Shown: in pieces, positions 1 through 7,445 of the stretch
Layout of the letters: each line of letters begins with the position of its first letter
How positions within the stretch are numbered: position 1 is the first letter of the stretch
Source of the DNA: Nostocoides sp.
GTDB taxonomy: Bacteria; Actinomycetota; Actinomycetes; Actinomycetales; Dermatophilaceae
NCBI GenBank assembly: GCA_016716625.1
Contig: JADJVJ010000005.1
Span: 4,237-68,236, forward strand
DNA: 64,000 bases
Direction: 5' to 3'
The notes under the pieces: model-generated
The model's database searches: none
Told to the model about the DNA's origin: nothing
Seen by the model: only the letters and a program-made list of their open reading frames with translations
Program-made: the position numbers and the translations under genes

Positions 1-819
1 CTCCACCGCGGCATACACCTCGTCGGTGTAGTCGAGGAAGATCGGGAACTCCTCGACCGGCTTGGCGGCCCGCGCGGCCAGGTCGGCCTGCGCCTCACAG
101 AGGACCCGGATGAAGGCCTTGGAGGCCTCCAGGCCCTCGGCGACGACCTCTTCGGTCGGGGCCTGCTTGCCCTCGTTCTTGACCAGGTTCCAGGTGGCGT
201 CGGTGGCCTCGGCCTCGACCATCATGATGGCGACGTCGTCACCGACGATCCGGCCGGCGACGACCATGTCGAAGGTCGAGCGCTCGATGTCGCTGAAGTT
301 GGGGAACGCCACCCACTGGCCGTCGATGAGCGAGACCCGCACGCCACCGATGGGGCCGCTGAAGGGCAGCCCGGAGATCTGGGTCGAGGCGCTCGCGGCG
401 TTGATCGCGAGGACGTCGTACTGGTGGTCGGGGTTGAGCGAGAGGACGGTGATGACGACCTGGACCTCGTTGCGCAGGCCCTTGACGAAGCTCGGGCGCA
501 GCGGGCGGTCGATGAGCCGGCAGGTGAGGATGGCCTCGGTGCCGGGGCGGCCCTCGCGACGGAAGAAGGAGCCGGGGATGCGCCCGATGGCGTACATCCG
601 CTCCTCGACATCGACGGTGAGCGGGAAGAAGTCGAAGCCCTCGCGCGGGGACTTCCCGGCGGTGGTCGTCGAGAGGATCATCGTGTCCCCGTCGAGGTAG
701 GCGGCGACGGCGCCGCCGGCCTGCTTGGCGAGGCGTCCGGTCTCGAACCGGACGGTGCGGGTGCCGAAACGACCGTTGTCGATCGTGGCCTCGGCGAATG
801 TGAGCTCAGGACCCTCCAT
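1..819 (-). CDS. pnp: polyribonucleotide nucleotidyltransferase (PNPase), N-terminal 273 codons; the gene continues past the left window edge
   Basis: My translation of the minus strand from the ATG (complement of 817-819) gives [93 protein letters not shown]... A GGAGGG Shine-Dalgarno lies just upstream, and the rpsO-pnp synteny is classical. It is absent from the ORF track because it is open at the edge. Confidence 0.9.
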   Translation of the reverse strand, partial: MEGPELTFAEATIDNGRFGTRTVRFETGRLAKQAGGAVAAYLDGDTMILSTTTAGKSPREGFDFFPLTVDVEERMYAIGRIPGSFFRREGRPGTEAILTCRLIDRPLRPSFVKGLRNEVQVVITVLSLNPDHQYDVLAINAASASTQISGLPFSGPIGGVRVSLIDGQWVAFPNFSDIERSTFDMVVAGRIVGDDVAIMMVEAEATDATWNLVKNEGKQAPTEEVVAEGLEASKAFIRVLCEAQADLAARAAKPVEEFPIFLDYTDEVYAAVE

Positions 820-906
820 TGGGCCCTCCTGTTCTGTATCTGTCGTATGCCGCGAGCATCATCGTTGTGCTGCGGTGGTCTTCAGGGGGTGGTGGTGCAT
901 GCCGAA

Positions 907-934
907 GAAGCGGTCCCCGGTTGGGAACCGCTTC
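907..934 (-). terminator. rpsO terminator/attenuator hairpin within the rpsO-pnp intergenic leader (820-949)
   Basis: GAAGCGGT (907-914) pairs with ACCGCTTC (927-934), plus an inner CCC/GGG (916-918 with 923-925). On the minus strand it is followed by TTCTTCGG. Its position between rpsO and pnp matches the structured pnp leaders known in bacteria (Actino-pnp-type motif). I could not run a covariance model. Confidence 0.5.
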
Positions 935-949
935 AGCGGACGTCTGTCG

Positions 950-1219
950 TCAACGGCGAAGGCCGAGGCGCTTGATGAGCGAGCGGTAACGCTCGATGTC
1001 GACGCTCTCCAGGTAGCGCAGGAGGCTACGGCGCTTGCCGACGAGGATGAGCAGACCACGACGGCTGTGGTGGTCATGCTTGTGGGTCCGAGAGTGCTCG
1101 GTGAGGTCCTTGATCCGCTGCGTGAGCAGCGCAATCTGCACCTCAGGAGAGCCGGTGTCGCCCTCGCCCTTGCCGTACTCGGCCATGATCTGCTTCTTGA
1201 CGTCAGTGCTCAGCGGCAT
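950..1219 (-). CDS. rpsO: 30S ribosomal protein S15
   Basis: 89 aa [60 protein letters not shown]..., a typical S15 sequence, located upstream of pnp. Confidence 0.97.
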   Translation of the reverse strand: MPLSTDVKKQIMAEYGKGEGDTGSPEVQIALLTQRIKDLTEHSRTHKHDHHSRRGLLILVGKRRSLLRYLESVDIERYRSLIKRLGLRR

Positions 1220-1402
1220 ACGACGACTCTCCTTCGATTTCTCGTTGCGCGGCGCGCCCGGGCTGGTTCACCGGGGCTCTGTGGATCCGCGGCCGTTTCA
1301 CGGCAAGGACCAAGGCTACCAGCGCCGGAATCGGCGACCTAATTCATCAGGGTCCGGTCCGCACCCTCCCGACCGACCCGAGGCGCGGACTGCGCCGAGC
1401 CC

Positions 1403-2542
1403 TCAGCGACGGCCGTTGCTCACCTGGGCGACCACGTCGAGGTCTACGCCATCGGCCACGGCGAGGTGCACCGGGTGTCGGGCCTCACCCGCGCGCAGTT
1501 CCACGGTTCCATGCGGGGAGTCCCACGCCCAGGAGGAGAAGGCGCGGCGGGTGTCTCGCACCGTCGGGATCGTCCTGCCCGCAATGCTCGCCAGGAGGTG
1601 GACCCCGGAGTATGTCGTCTCCGCCATCGTGCCCGGAGCCGGTGCCGTCGAGGTCCCGACTTCCTCGGTCCCGCACACGAGGTCCCAGGCGCCGCGGAAC
1701 TTGCGCGCGAACTCTTCGGCCGAGGCCGTCTGGAGCGAGGAGAACCATCCTGCCGAGACGAAGAGGTTCTCGGTGGCCTCCGCCCCGGTGGCCAACACCA
1801 CCGTCTCGTCGATGAAGGGGCTGAACCGGACCACACTGGCGCTGAGGTCGGCCTCGGCGAAGGCCCGGTTGAAACGGACGGCGTCGGAACCGACGAGGAG
1901 CGTGATGACCCCCTCCGCGCCCGTGCGGACGACCTCTTCGATCACCGACTGCCACACCCGCGGATTCTCGGTGCCCAGCGCGACGAAGCGGCACGCGAGG
2001 ACCCGGATGTCACCCCCGGTCAACCCCTCGATGGTGCGCGCGGCGGTTTCCCGCGGCCAGACATAGTCGTTGCCCACGAGGAACCAGCGACGCAGCCGCA
2101 ACTCGGTACGGAGCCAGGCGAGCGAGGCAAGGATCTGGTCGCCCGGAACCTCACCGCTGCACAGGACGCCGTCCCCCAGTTCCCCGCCCTCGTAGGCTGC
2201 GGCGTAGACATAGGGCGCACGCCCCTGGACGACGCGGGCGATGGACTGGCGCAGGTTGGAGAGGTGCCACCCGGTGACGGCGTCGATGTCCCCCGCCCTC
2301 AGGAGCGAACCGATCCGCCCGGCGACGACGTCGGGGTCGCCGCCGGCATCGACGTGCACGTACCGGATCGACCGGCCGGCCACGCCCCCGGCGTTGTCGA
2401 TCTCGGCGGCCGCCAGCTCCGCCGCGGCGAGGCACTCCAGGCCGAAGATCCCGGCGGGCCCGTGGCGGGGCAGCACGAGGGCGACGCGGTAGTCCTCGGT
2501 ACTGCCGCGTTCCTGCTGCGGGCTACGTGCAGGCCTTGACAT
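1403..2542 (-). CDS. AmiC-like (type 1 periplasmic-binding-fold) amide/urea-binding sensor protein with no signal peptide
   Basis: The ORF 1403..2638 contains YRVALVLPRHGPAGIFGLECLAAAELAAAEIDNAGGVAGRSI...RWFLVGNDYVWPRETA, the pattern of the Leu/Ile/Val-binding / AmiC family. I chose the start at internal Met33 (MSRPARS, 2542) so it does not overlap the divergent MarR gene. It sits in a formamidase/AmiS cluster. Confidence 0.7.
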   Translation of the reverse strand: MSRPARSPQQERGSTEDYRVALVLPRHGPAGIFGLECLAAAELAAAEIDNAGGVAGRSIRYVHVDAGGDPDVVAGRIGSLLRAGDIDAVTGWHLSNLRQSIARVVQGRAPYVYAAAYEGGELGDGVLCSGEVPGDQILASLAWLRTELRLRRWFLVGNDYVWPRETAARTIEGLTGGDIRVLACRFVALGTENPRVWQSVIEEVVRTGAEGVITLLVGSDAVRFNRAFAEADLSASVVRFSPFIDETVVLATGAEATENLFVSAGWFSSLQTASAEEFARKFRGAWDLVCGTEEVGTSTAPAPGTMAETTYSGVHLLASIAGRTIPTVRDTRRAFSSWAWDSPHGTVELRAGEARHPVHLAVADGVDLDVVAQVSNGRR

Positions 2543-2551
2543 ACTCCTCAT

Positions 2552-2944
2552 ATGGGTCCGCGTCCTTCCCACACCGTGTCGGACCGAGAGGTGCACATGC
2601 TCTCGGTCCTCCGCGTGGCGGCTCTGGCGCACTCGCAACTAGAGGGGGCGTTGCGACCCCTCGATCTTACGGTAGATCGCTGGCGGGTGCTCATGGCGAT
2701 CCACGCGGCGCCTGGTGCCTCGATGGCGGAGGTTATCGAGGCCCTCGTCATCCCCGCAACGTCGGCGACCCGCGCGGTGGACGCCCTTGTCGACCTGGGC
2801 TCGGTCTTCCGCACCTCCGCACCGGAGGACCGTCGGCGGGTCACGCTTCGCCTGTCGTCCGCTGGGCTGCGCAAGCTGCGTCAGGCGCAGGACGTCATCC
2901 ACGGGATCGACCTGCCGCAGAGCCAGCCGGCCCTGGGGGACTAA
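2552..2944 (+). CDS. MarR-family transcriptional regulator
   Basis: 130 aa with a winged-helix MarR pattern (LTVDRWRVLMAIHAAPGASMAEVIEALVIPATSATRAVDALVDLGSVFRTSAPEDRRRVTLRLSSAG). The start could instead be Met 2597. Confidence 0.8.
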   Translation: MGPRPSHTVSDREVHMLSVLRVAALAHSQLEGALRPLDLTVDRWRVLMAIHAAPGASMAEVIEALVIPATSATRAVDALVDLGSVFRTSAPEDRRRVTLRLSSAGLRKLRQAQDVIHGIDLPQSQPALGD

Positions 2945-2954
2945 CCGCGCAATC

Positions 2955-3001
2955 GGGGTATTTGCGGGGGTATTTACAGATCCCTCGTCGACCTCTACTG
3001 T
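2955..3001 (+). promoter_or_regulatory. direct repeats GGGGTATTT x2 (2955-2963, 2967-2975; 12 bp period) overlapping a candidate promoter (TTTACA 2973-2978, 17 bp spacer, TACTGT 2996-3001) upstream of fmdB-amiS-fmdA
   Basis: Read directly from the sequence. This is a locally AT-richer stretch in the 112 bp gap between the MarR gene and fmdB. Confidence 0.35.
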
Positions 3002-3056
3002 CCGTTATATTCCCGTTTGGGACTATCCCAGGTGGGACCGTATCTCGGAGGTGTCG

Positions 3057-3344
3057 ATGGCGACCTATGAGTTCCGCTGCCCGACCGACGGCGTGATCAC
3101 GCTGCAGTTGCCCCTCGGGGAGGCTCCAGCGTCGATCACCTGCCCCGAGTGCACCGACTCTGCGCGGCGGCTCTTCAGCATCCCGCAGCTTCGATTCGGC
3201 GACCCCCGGGCCCGCCGACTCATCGCCGAGACCACGGCCAGTGCTAGCGAGCCGGCCGTGGTCTCGGCACCCCAGGGCAGGCGGCGGACCCCCCGGGTCC
3301 GTCCGTCCGCCGACCCTCGAACGGCGATGCTGCCAGCGCCCTGA
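3057..3344 (+). CDS. fmdB: FmdB-family putative regulatory zinc-ribbon protein
   Basis: Internal ATG at 3057 of ORF 2715..3344 gives MATYEFRCPTDGVITLQLPLGEAPASITCPECTDSARRLFS, the FmdB/CxxC_CxxC_SSSS pattern with a degenerate first knuckle. Its position upstream of the formamidase matches fmd clusters. Confidence 0.65.
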   Translation: MATYEFRCPTDGVITLQLPLGEAPASITCPECTDSARRLFSIPQLRFGDPRARRLIAETTASASEPAVVSAPQGRRRTPRVRPSADPRTAMLPAP

Positions 3345-3386
3345 TCGGACGCATGGCGGTCGCCTCGATCTCGGACAAGGAGACAC

Positions 3387-4010
3387 ATGGGTAACGTCGG
3401 ACTGCTCTACGTCGGCGCAATCCTCTTCATCAACGGTTGCGCCCTGCTCGGTCTCGTTCGCGAGAACGGCGCGGTGCCCCTGAACATCTTCGTCGGCCTC
3501 CTCCAAGTCGTCACCCCGACCTGGCTGATCGTCTCGAGCAACGGAGACCCCGACATCATCTTCGCGGCGTCGGGGCTCTACCTCTTCGGGTTCACCTACC
3601 TCTACGTCGCCTTCAACACCATCTGGGGCTTCGACGGAACGGGCCTTGGCTGGTTCTCGCTCTTCGTCGCCATCGCCGCCGTGGCGTATGCCGTGGTCTC
3701 GGCAGTGCGTGACGACTGGGCCTTCGCGGTGATCTGGCTGCTCTGGGCCTACCTATGGTGGCTGTTCTTCGAATTGCTCGGCCGCGGCCGAGCCGAACTC
3801 ACGGCATACACCGGGGCGGTGGCGGCGATCGAGGGCTGGACCACCGCGGCCATTCCGGCCTTCCTCCTCCTCATCGGCCACTGGGACGTCGTGCCCAATG
3901 CCGTCATGGCCGTCATCGTCGCCGTCGTCTCCGTCGGCGGCTTCCTCCTCGCTCGGTCCCGGCTGGCCAGCCGGACCGTGCCCTCCACCCCCACTCCCGC
4001 AGGAGCGTGA
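3387..4010 (+). CDS. amiS: AmiS/UreI-family amide/urea channel
   Basis: 207 aa with six predicted hydrophobic helices, Trp/aromatic-rich (IWLLWAYLWWLFFELLG). It lies immediately upstream of the formamidase. Confidence 0.7.
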   Translation: MGNVGLLYVGAILFINGCALLGLVRENGAVPLNIFVGLLQVVTPTWLIVSSNGDPDIIFAASGLYLFGFTYLYVAFNTIWGFDGTGLGWFSLFVAIAAVAYAVVSAVRDDWAFAVIWLLWAYLWWLFFELLGRGRAELTAYTGAVAAIEGWTTAAIPAFLLLIGHWDVVPNAVMAVIVAVVSVGGFLLARSRLASRTVPSTPTPAGA

Positions 4011-4013
4011 ACC

Positions 4014-5267
4014 ATGCCACAAGTCATCTTCCCCCTCGACTCGACCAAGTCGTTCACCGACCAGAAGTACGTCGGGCACAACCGGTGGCACCCGGAGATC
4101 CCGGCCAACGTCACCGTCAAGCCGGGTGACTCCTTCCGGGTCGACTGCCGTGAGTGGTTCGATGGAGCCATCCACAACGACGACTCGGCCGACGACGTCC
4201 GCGACGCCCCCCTCAAGGGCGTCCACGTCCTCTCCGGCCCGATCGCCGTGGAGGGCGCGGAGCCGGGTGACCTGCTCATCGTGGACATCCTCGACGTGGG
4301 CCCGATCCCGCAAGAGGACAGTGGCCCGCTCGCCGGCCAGGGCTGGGGATACACCGGCATCTTCCCGACCCAGAACGGTGGCGGCTTCCTCACCGAGCAG
4401 TTCCCCGACGCCTACAAGTGCATCTGGGACTTCCGGGGCGGGGTGGCGACCTCCCGGCACGTCCCCGGCGTCTCCTATGTCGGCATCGTGCACCCCGGGC
4501 TCATGGGCACCGCCCCCAGCAAGGAGCTGCTCGCCAAGTGGAACACCCGCGAGGCCGCGCTCATCGCCACGGACCCCGACCGGGTACCCCCGCTCGCACT
4601 CCCCCCGGAGCCGCAGGACGCGATCCTCGGCCAGCTCACCGGTGCAGACTTCGAGCGCGTGCGCATGGAGGCCGCGCGTACCGCACCCCCCCGCGAGAAC
4701 GGCGGCAACCAGGACATCAAGAACTTCACCAAGGGCACGCGCGTCTTCTACCCCGTGTTCGTCAAGGGCGCGAACCTGTCCATGGGCGACCTGCACTTCT
4801 CCCAGGGCGACGGCGAGATCACCTTCTGCGGCGCCATCGAGATGGGCGGCTTCATCGACCTTCACGTCGACGTCATCAAGGGCGGCATGCAGACCTACGG
4901 GGTCTCGGAGAACGCGATCTTCATGCCGGGCACGACGGACCCGCAGTTCAGTCAGTGGCTGGCGTTCTCGGGGACCTCGGTCACCCTGGACGGCGAGCAG
5001 CGCTACCTCGACAGTCACCTGTCCTACCAGCGCGCATGCCTGCACGCGATCGACTACCTCACGAACTTCGGTTACAGCCCCGAGCAGGCGTACATGATCC
5101 TTGGCGCCGCGCCGATCGAGGGCCGTCTCTCCGGTGTCGTGGACATCCCGAACTCGTGCTCGACGGTCTACATCCCGACCGCGATCTTCGACTTCGACAT
5201 CCGGCCCGGCAAGAGTGGCCCCCACAAGATCGACCCGGGTATGGGCGTGCCGAAGTCGACCTTCTAG
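4014..5267 (+). CDS. fmdA: formamidase (acetamidase/formamidase family)
   Basis: 417 aa: MPQVIFPLDSTKSFTDQKYVGHNRWHPEIPANVTVKPGDSFRVDCREWFDGAIHNDDSADDVRD...GNQDIKNFTKGTRVFYPVFVKGANLSMGDLHFSQGDGEITFCGAIEMGG, typical of the FmdA family. Confidence 0.92.
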   Translation: MPQVIFPLDSTKSFTDQKYVGHNRWHPEIPANVTVKPGDSFRVDCREWFDGAIHNDDSADDVRDAPLKGVHVLSGPIAVEGAEPGDLLIVDILDVGPIPQEDSGPLAGQGWGYTGIFPTQNGGGFLTEQFPDAYKCIWDFRGGVATSRHVPGVSYVGIVHPGLMGTAPSKELLAKWNTREAALIATDPDRVPPLALPPEPQDAILGQLTGADFERVRMEAARTAPPRENGGNQDIKNFTKGTRVFYPVFVKGANLSMGDLHFSQGDGEITFCGAIEMGGFIDLHVDVIKGGMQTYGVSENAIFMPGTTDPQFSQWLAFSGTSVTLDGEQRYLDSHLSYQRACLHAIDYLTNFGYSPEQAYMILGAAPIEGRLSGVVDIPNSCSTVYIPTAIFDFDIRPGKSGPHKIDPGMGVPKSTF

Positions 5268-5278
5268 CGGAGCCGGTT

Positions 5279-5312
5279 GTCCGCGCCGCCGCTCTCCGGT
5301 GAAGGCGCGGAC
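5279..5312 (+). terminator. hairpin downstream of fmdA
   Basis: GTCCGCGCC (5279-5287) pairs with GGCGCGGAC (5304-5312) around a 16 nt loop. There is no clear U-tract. Confidence 0.3.
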
Positions 5313-5433
5313 AGCCGACATCCGCAGTGGCTTCCCACCTCGCGGGACAGAGCGCCGCAGGCTGGTTCCGATGCGGCGTCGGCGACCTAGACTGGAATCT
5401 CCATCACAGGGACGTGCTCGGAGAGGACCATGC

Positions 5434-5934
5434 GTGTCACCCAAGACTGACCGCCGACAGGCATCCGGGGCCGCCCCGCCACGCCCCCCCGCCGATGCCG
5501 CGCGGGCCGACGCAGTGCGCACCATCGCGACCCAGTATGTCGGCGACCGCGGTCCCCTGCTGCCCATCCTGCACAGCGTCCTCGAACACCACGGCTACAT
5601 TGCCGACGACGACATCCCGGTCATCGCCGAGGTGCTCAACCTTTCCCGAGCGGACGTGCACGGCGTGGTGAGCTTCTATCCCGACTTCCGGCGCACGCCA
5701 CCTCCCGCCGTGCGCGTGGTGCTCTGTCGTGGCGAAGCCTGCCAGTCCGTGGGCGCCGAGGACCTGTATGCCGCAGCGCGTTCAGCTGCTGCGCGAGCGG
5801 ACGATGTCGAGGTCGGGGAAGTGTTCTGCCTCGGCAACTGCGCCCTCGGACCGAGCGGGGTGGTCAACGGTCAGCTTCGCGGGCGCCTGACCACGGCCGA
5901 CGTCCTTGCACCCCTGCACCGGCGGCAGCGATGA
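5434..5934 (+). CDS. fdsG: NAD-dependent formate dehydrogenase gamma subunit (NuoE-like 2Fe-2S)
   Basis: C-terminal part of ORF 5101..5934: IATQYVGDRGPLLPILHSVLEHHGYIADDDIPVIAEVLNLSRADVHGVVSFYPDFR...CRGEACQSVGAEDL...CLGNCALGP. I placed the start at GTG 5434, behind GGAGAGG. Confidence 0.8.
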   Translation: MSPKTDRRQASGAAPPRPPADAARADAVRTIATQYVGDRGPLLPILHSVLEHHGYIADDDIPVIAEVLNLSRADVHGVVSFYPDFRRTPPPAVRVVLCRGEACQSVGAEDLYAAARSAAARADDVEVGEVFCLGNCALGPSGVVNGQLRGRLTTADVLAPLHRRQR

Positions 5935-7445
5935 CCACGGTATGGGTCCCCTGCGACGCCGCAGCCCTGTCCGTCGGGGCCGAGGCGGTGGCGACGGCGC
6001 TGGCCGCCGTCGAGGGGGTCACGGTGCGCCGCAACGGTTCCCGGGGCCTGCTGTGGGCGGAACCTTTGGTCGAGGTGGAGACCGAGCACGGCCGGGTCGG
6101 CTATCCCAACGTCACACCCGAGCTCGTGGAGGAGGTGCTTGCCGGGTCGGCGCCCTCACTGGGCGTCGTCGAGGAGCACCCCTGGTTCGCGCGTCAGCAT
6201 CGAGTGACCTTTGTCCGCGTTGGGCGGATCGAGCCGACGGACATCGCGGCCTACCGGGAACTGGGCGGGTTCGCCGGCCTCAGCCGCGCCCTCACCCTGA
6301 CCCCCCAGCAGGTCGTCGGCGAAGTCACCGCCTCCGGGCTGCGCGGCCGAGGCGGCGCCGGCTTCCCCACGGGCATCAAGTGGGAGACCGTGCGCACCGC
6401 CGCCGCCGACGTCAAGTTCGTCTGCTGCAATGCCGATGAGGGCGATTCCGGGACCTTCGCCGACCGGATGCTCATCGAAGGCGACCCCTTCTCCCTCATC
6501 GAGGGAATGGCGATCGCGGCGTATGCCGTCGGCGCGAGCGAGGGGTACGTCTATCTCCGCAGCGAATACCCGCACGCCGTGACGACCCTGCGCCGAGCCA
6601 TCGACATCGCCTATGCCCACGGGATGCTCGGCGAGTCGGTGGCCGGGTCGGGGCACCGCTTCGACCTCGAGGTCCGGGTCGGGGCCGGAGCCTACATCTG
6701 TGGCGAAGAGACCTCGATGCTCGACAGCCTCGAGGGCAAGCGCGGAGAGGTCCGCGCCAAACCGCCCATCCCGGCGCTCGTGGGTCTCTTCGGCCGCCCC
6801 ACGGTCGTCAACAACGTGCTCTCGCTGGGAACCGTGCCGATGATCCTCGCCGACGGCGGGACGGCATACGGCGCCCTGGGCACAGGCCGCTCCCGCGGCA
6901 CCCAGGTGGTCCAGCTCGCGGGCAACGTGGCCCGAGGCGGGATCGTCGAATGCGACTTCGGCACCCCCCTGCGCACTGTCGTCGAGGACTTCGGGGGCGG
7001 CACCTTGAGCGGCCGTCCGCTCAAGGCGATGCAGGTCGGCGGGCCGCTGGGCGCCTACGTGCCGGCGAGCCACCTCGACCTGCCGCTGGATTACGAAGCG
7101 TTCGCCGAGGCCGGTGCCATGCTCGGGCACGGCGGCGTCGTGCTCTTCGACGACACCATGGACGCCAGCGCCATGGCGCGGTTCGCGATGGAGTTCTGCG
7201 CCAAGGAGTCCTGTGGCAAGTGCACCCCGTGCCGGATCGGGTCGACCCGCGGAGTCGAGGTCATCGACCGGATCCGCCGACGAGAAGACCTCGAGGCCAA
7301 CGTCGAGCTGCTTGGCTCGCTGTGCACGACGATGACCAAGGGATCCCTCTGCGCCATGGGTGGCCTCACCCCGATGCCCGTGCAGAGTGCGCTCACTCAC
7401 TTCCCCGAGGACTTCGGCCTCGCCGCAGAAGGGAGCAGGACATGA
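5931..7445 (+). CDS. fdsB: NAD-dependent formate dehydrogenase beta subunit (NuoF-like, NAD/FMN/4Fe-4S)
   Basis: 504 aa containing GLRGRGGAGFPTGIKWE, ADEGDSGTF and ESCGKCTPCRIG motifs. ATGA overlap with fdsG. Confidence 0.9.
   Translation: MTTVWVPCDAAALSVGAEAVATALAAVEGVTVRRNGSRGLLWAEPLVEVETEHGRVGYPNVTPELVEEVLAGSAPSLGVVEEHPWFARQHRVTFVRVGRIEPTDIAAYRELGGFAGLSRALTLTPQQVVGEVTASGLRGRGGAGFPTGIKWETVRTAAADVKFVCCNADEGDSGTFADRMLIEGDPFSLIEGMAIAAYAVGASEGYVYLRSEYPHAVTTLRRAIDIAYAHGMLGESVAGSGHRFDLEVRVGAGAYICGEETSMLDSLEGKRGEVRAKPPIPALVGLFGRPTVVNNVLSLGTVPMILADGGTAYGALGTGRSRGTQVVQLAGNVARGGIVECDFGTPLRTVVEDFGGGTLSGRPLKAMQVGGPLGAYVPASHLDLPLDYEAFAEAGAMLGHGGVVLFDDTMDASAMARFAMEFCAKESCGKCTPCRIGSTRGVEVIDRIRRREDLEANVELLGSLCTTMTKGSLCAMGGLTPMPVQSALTHFPEDFGLAAEGSRT

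Noticed and set aside
3753-5567. Very long ORFs antisense or out of frame to real genes. Examples: 3753..5567 (604 aa), 8471..10105 (544 aa), 15693..17498 (601 aa), 23110..24705 (531 aa), 25084..26763 (559 aa), 52214..53986 (590 aa).
   Set aside because: They are Arg/Gly/Pro/Ala-rich with no recognisable motifs. Each lies opposite a gene with clear family signatures. This is the usual shadow-ORF artefact of 70% GC DNA.
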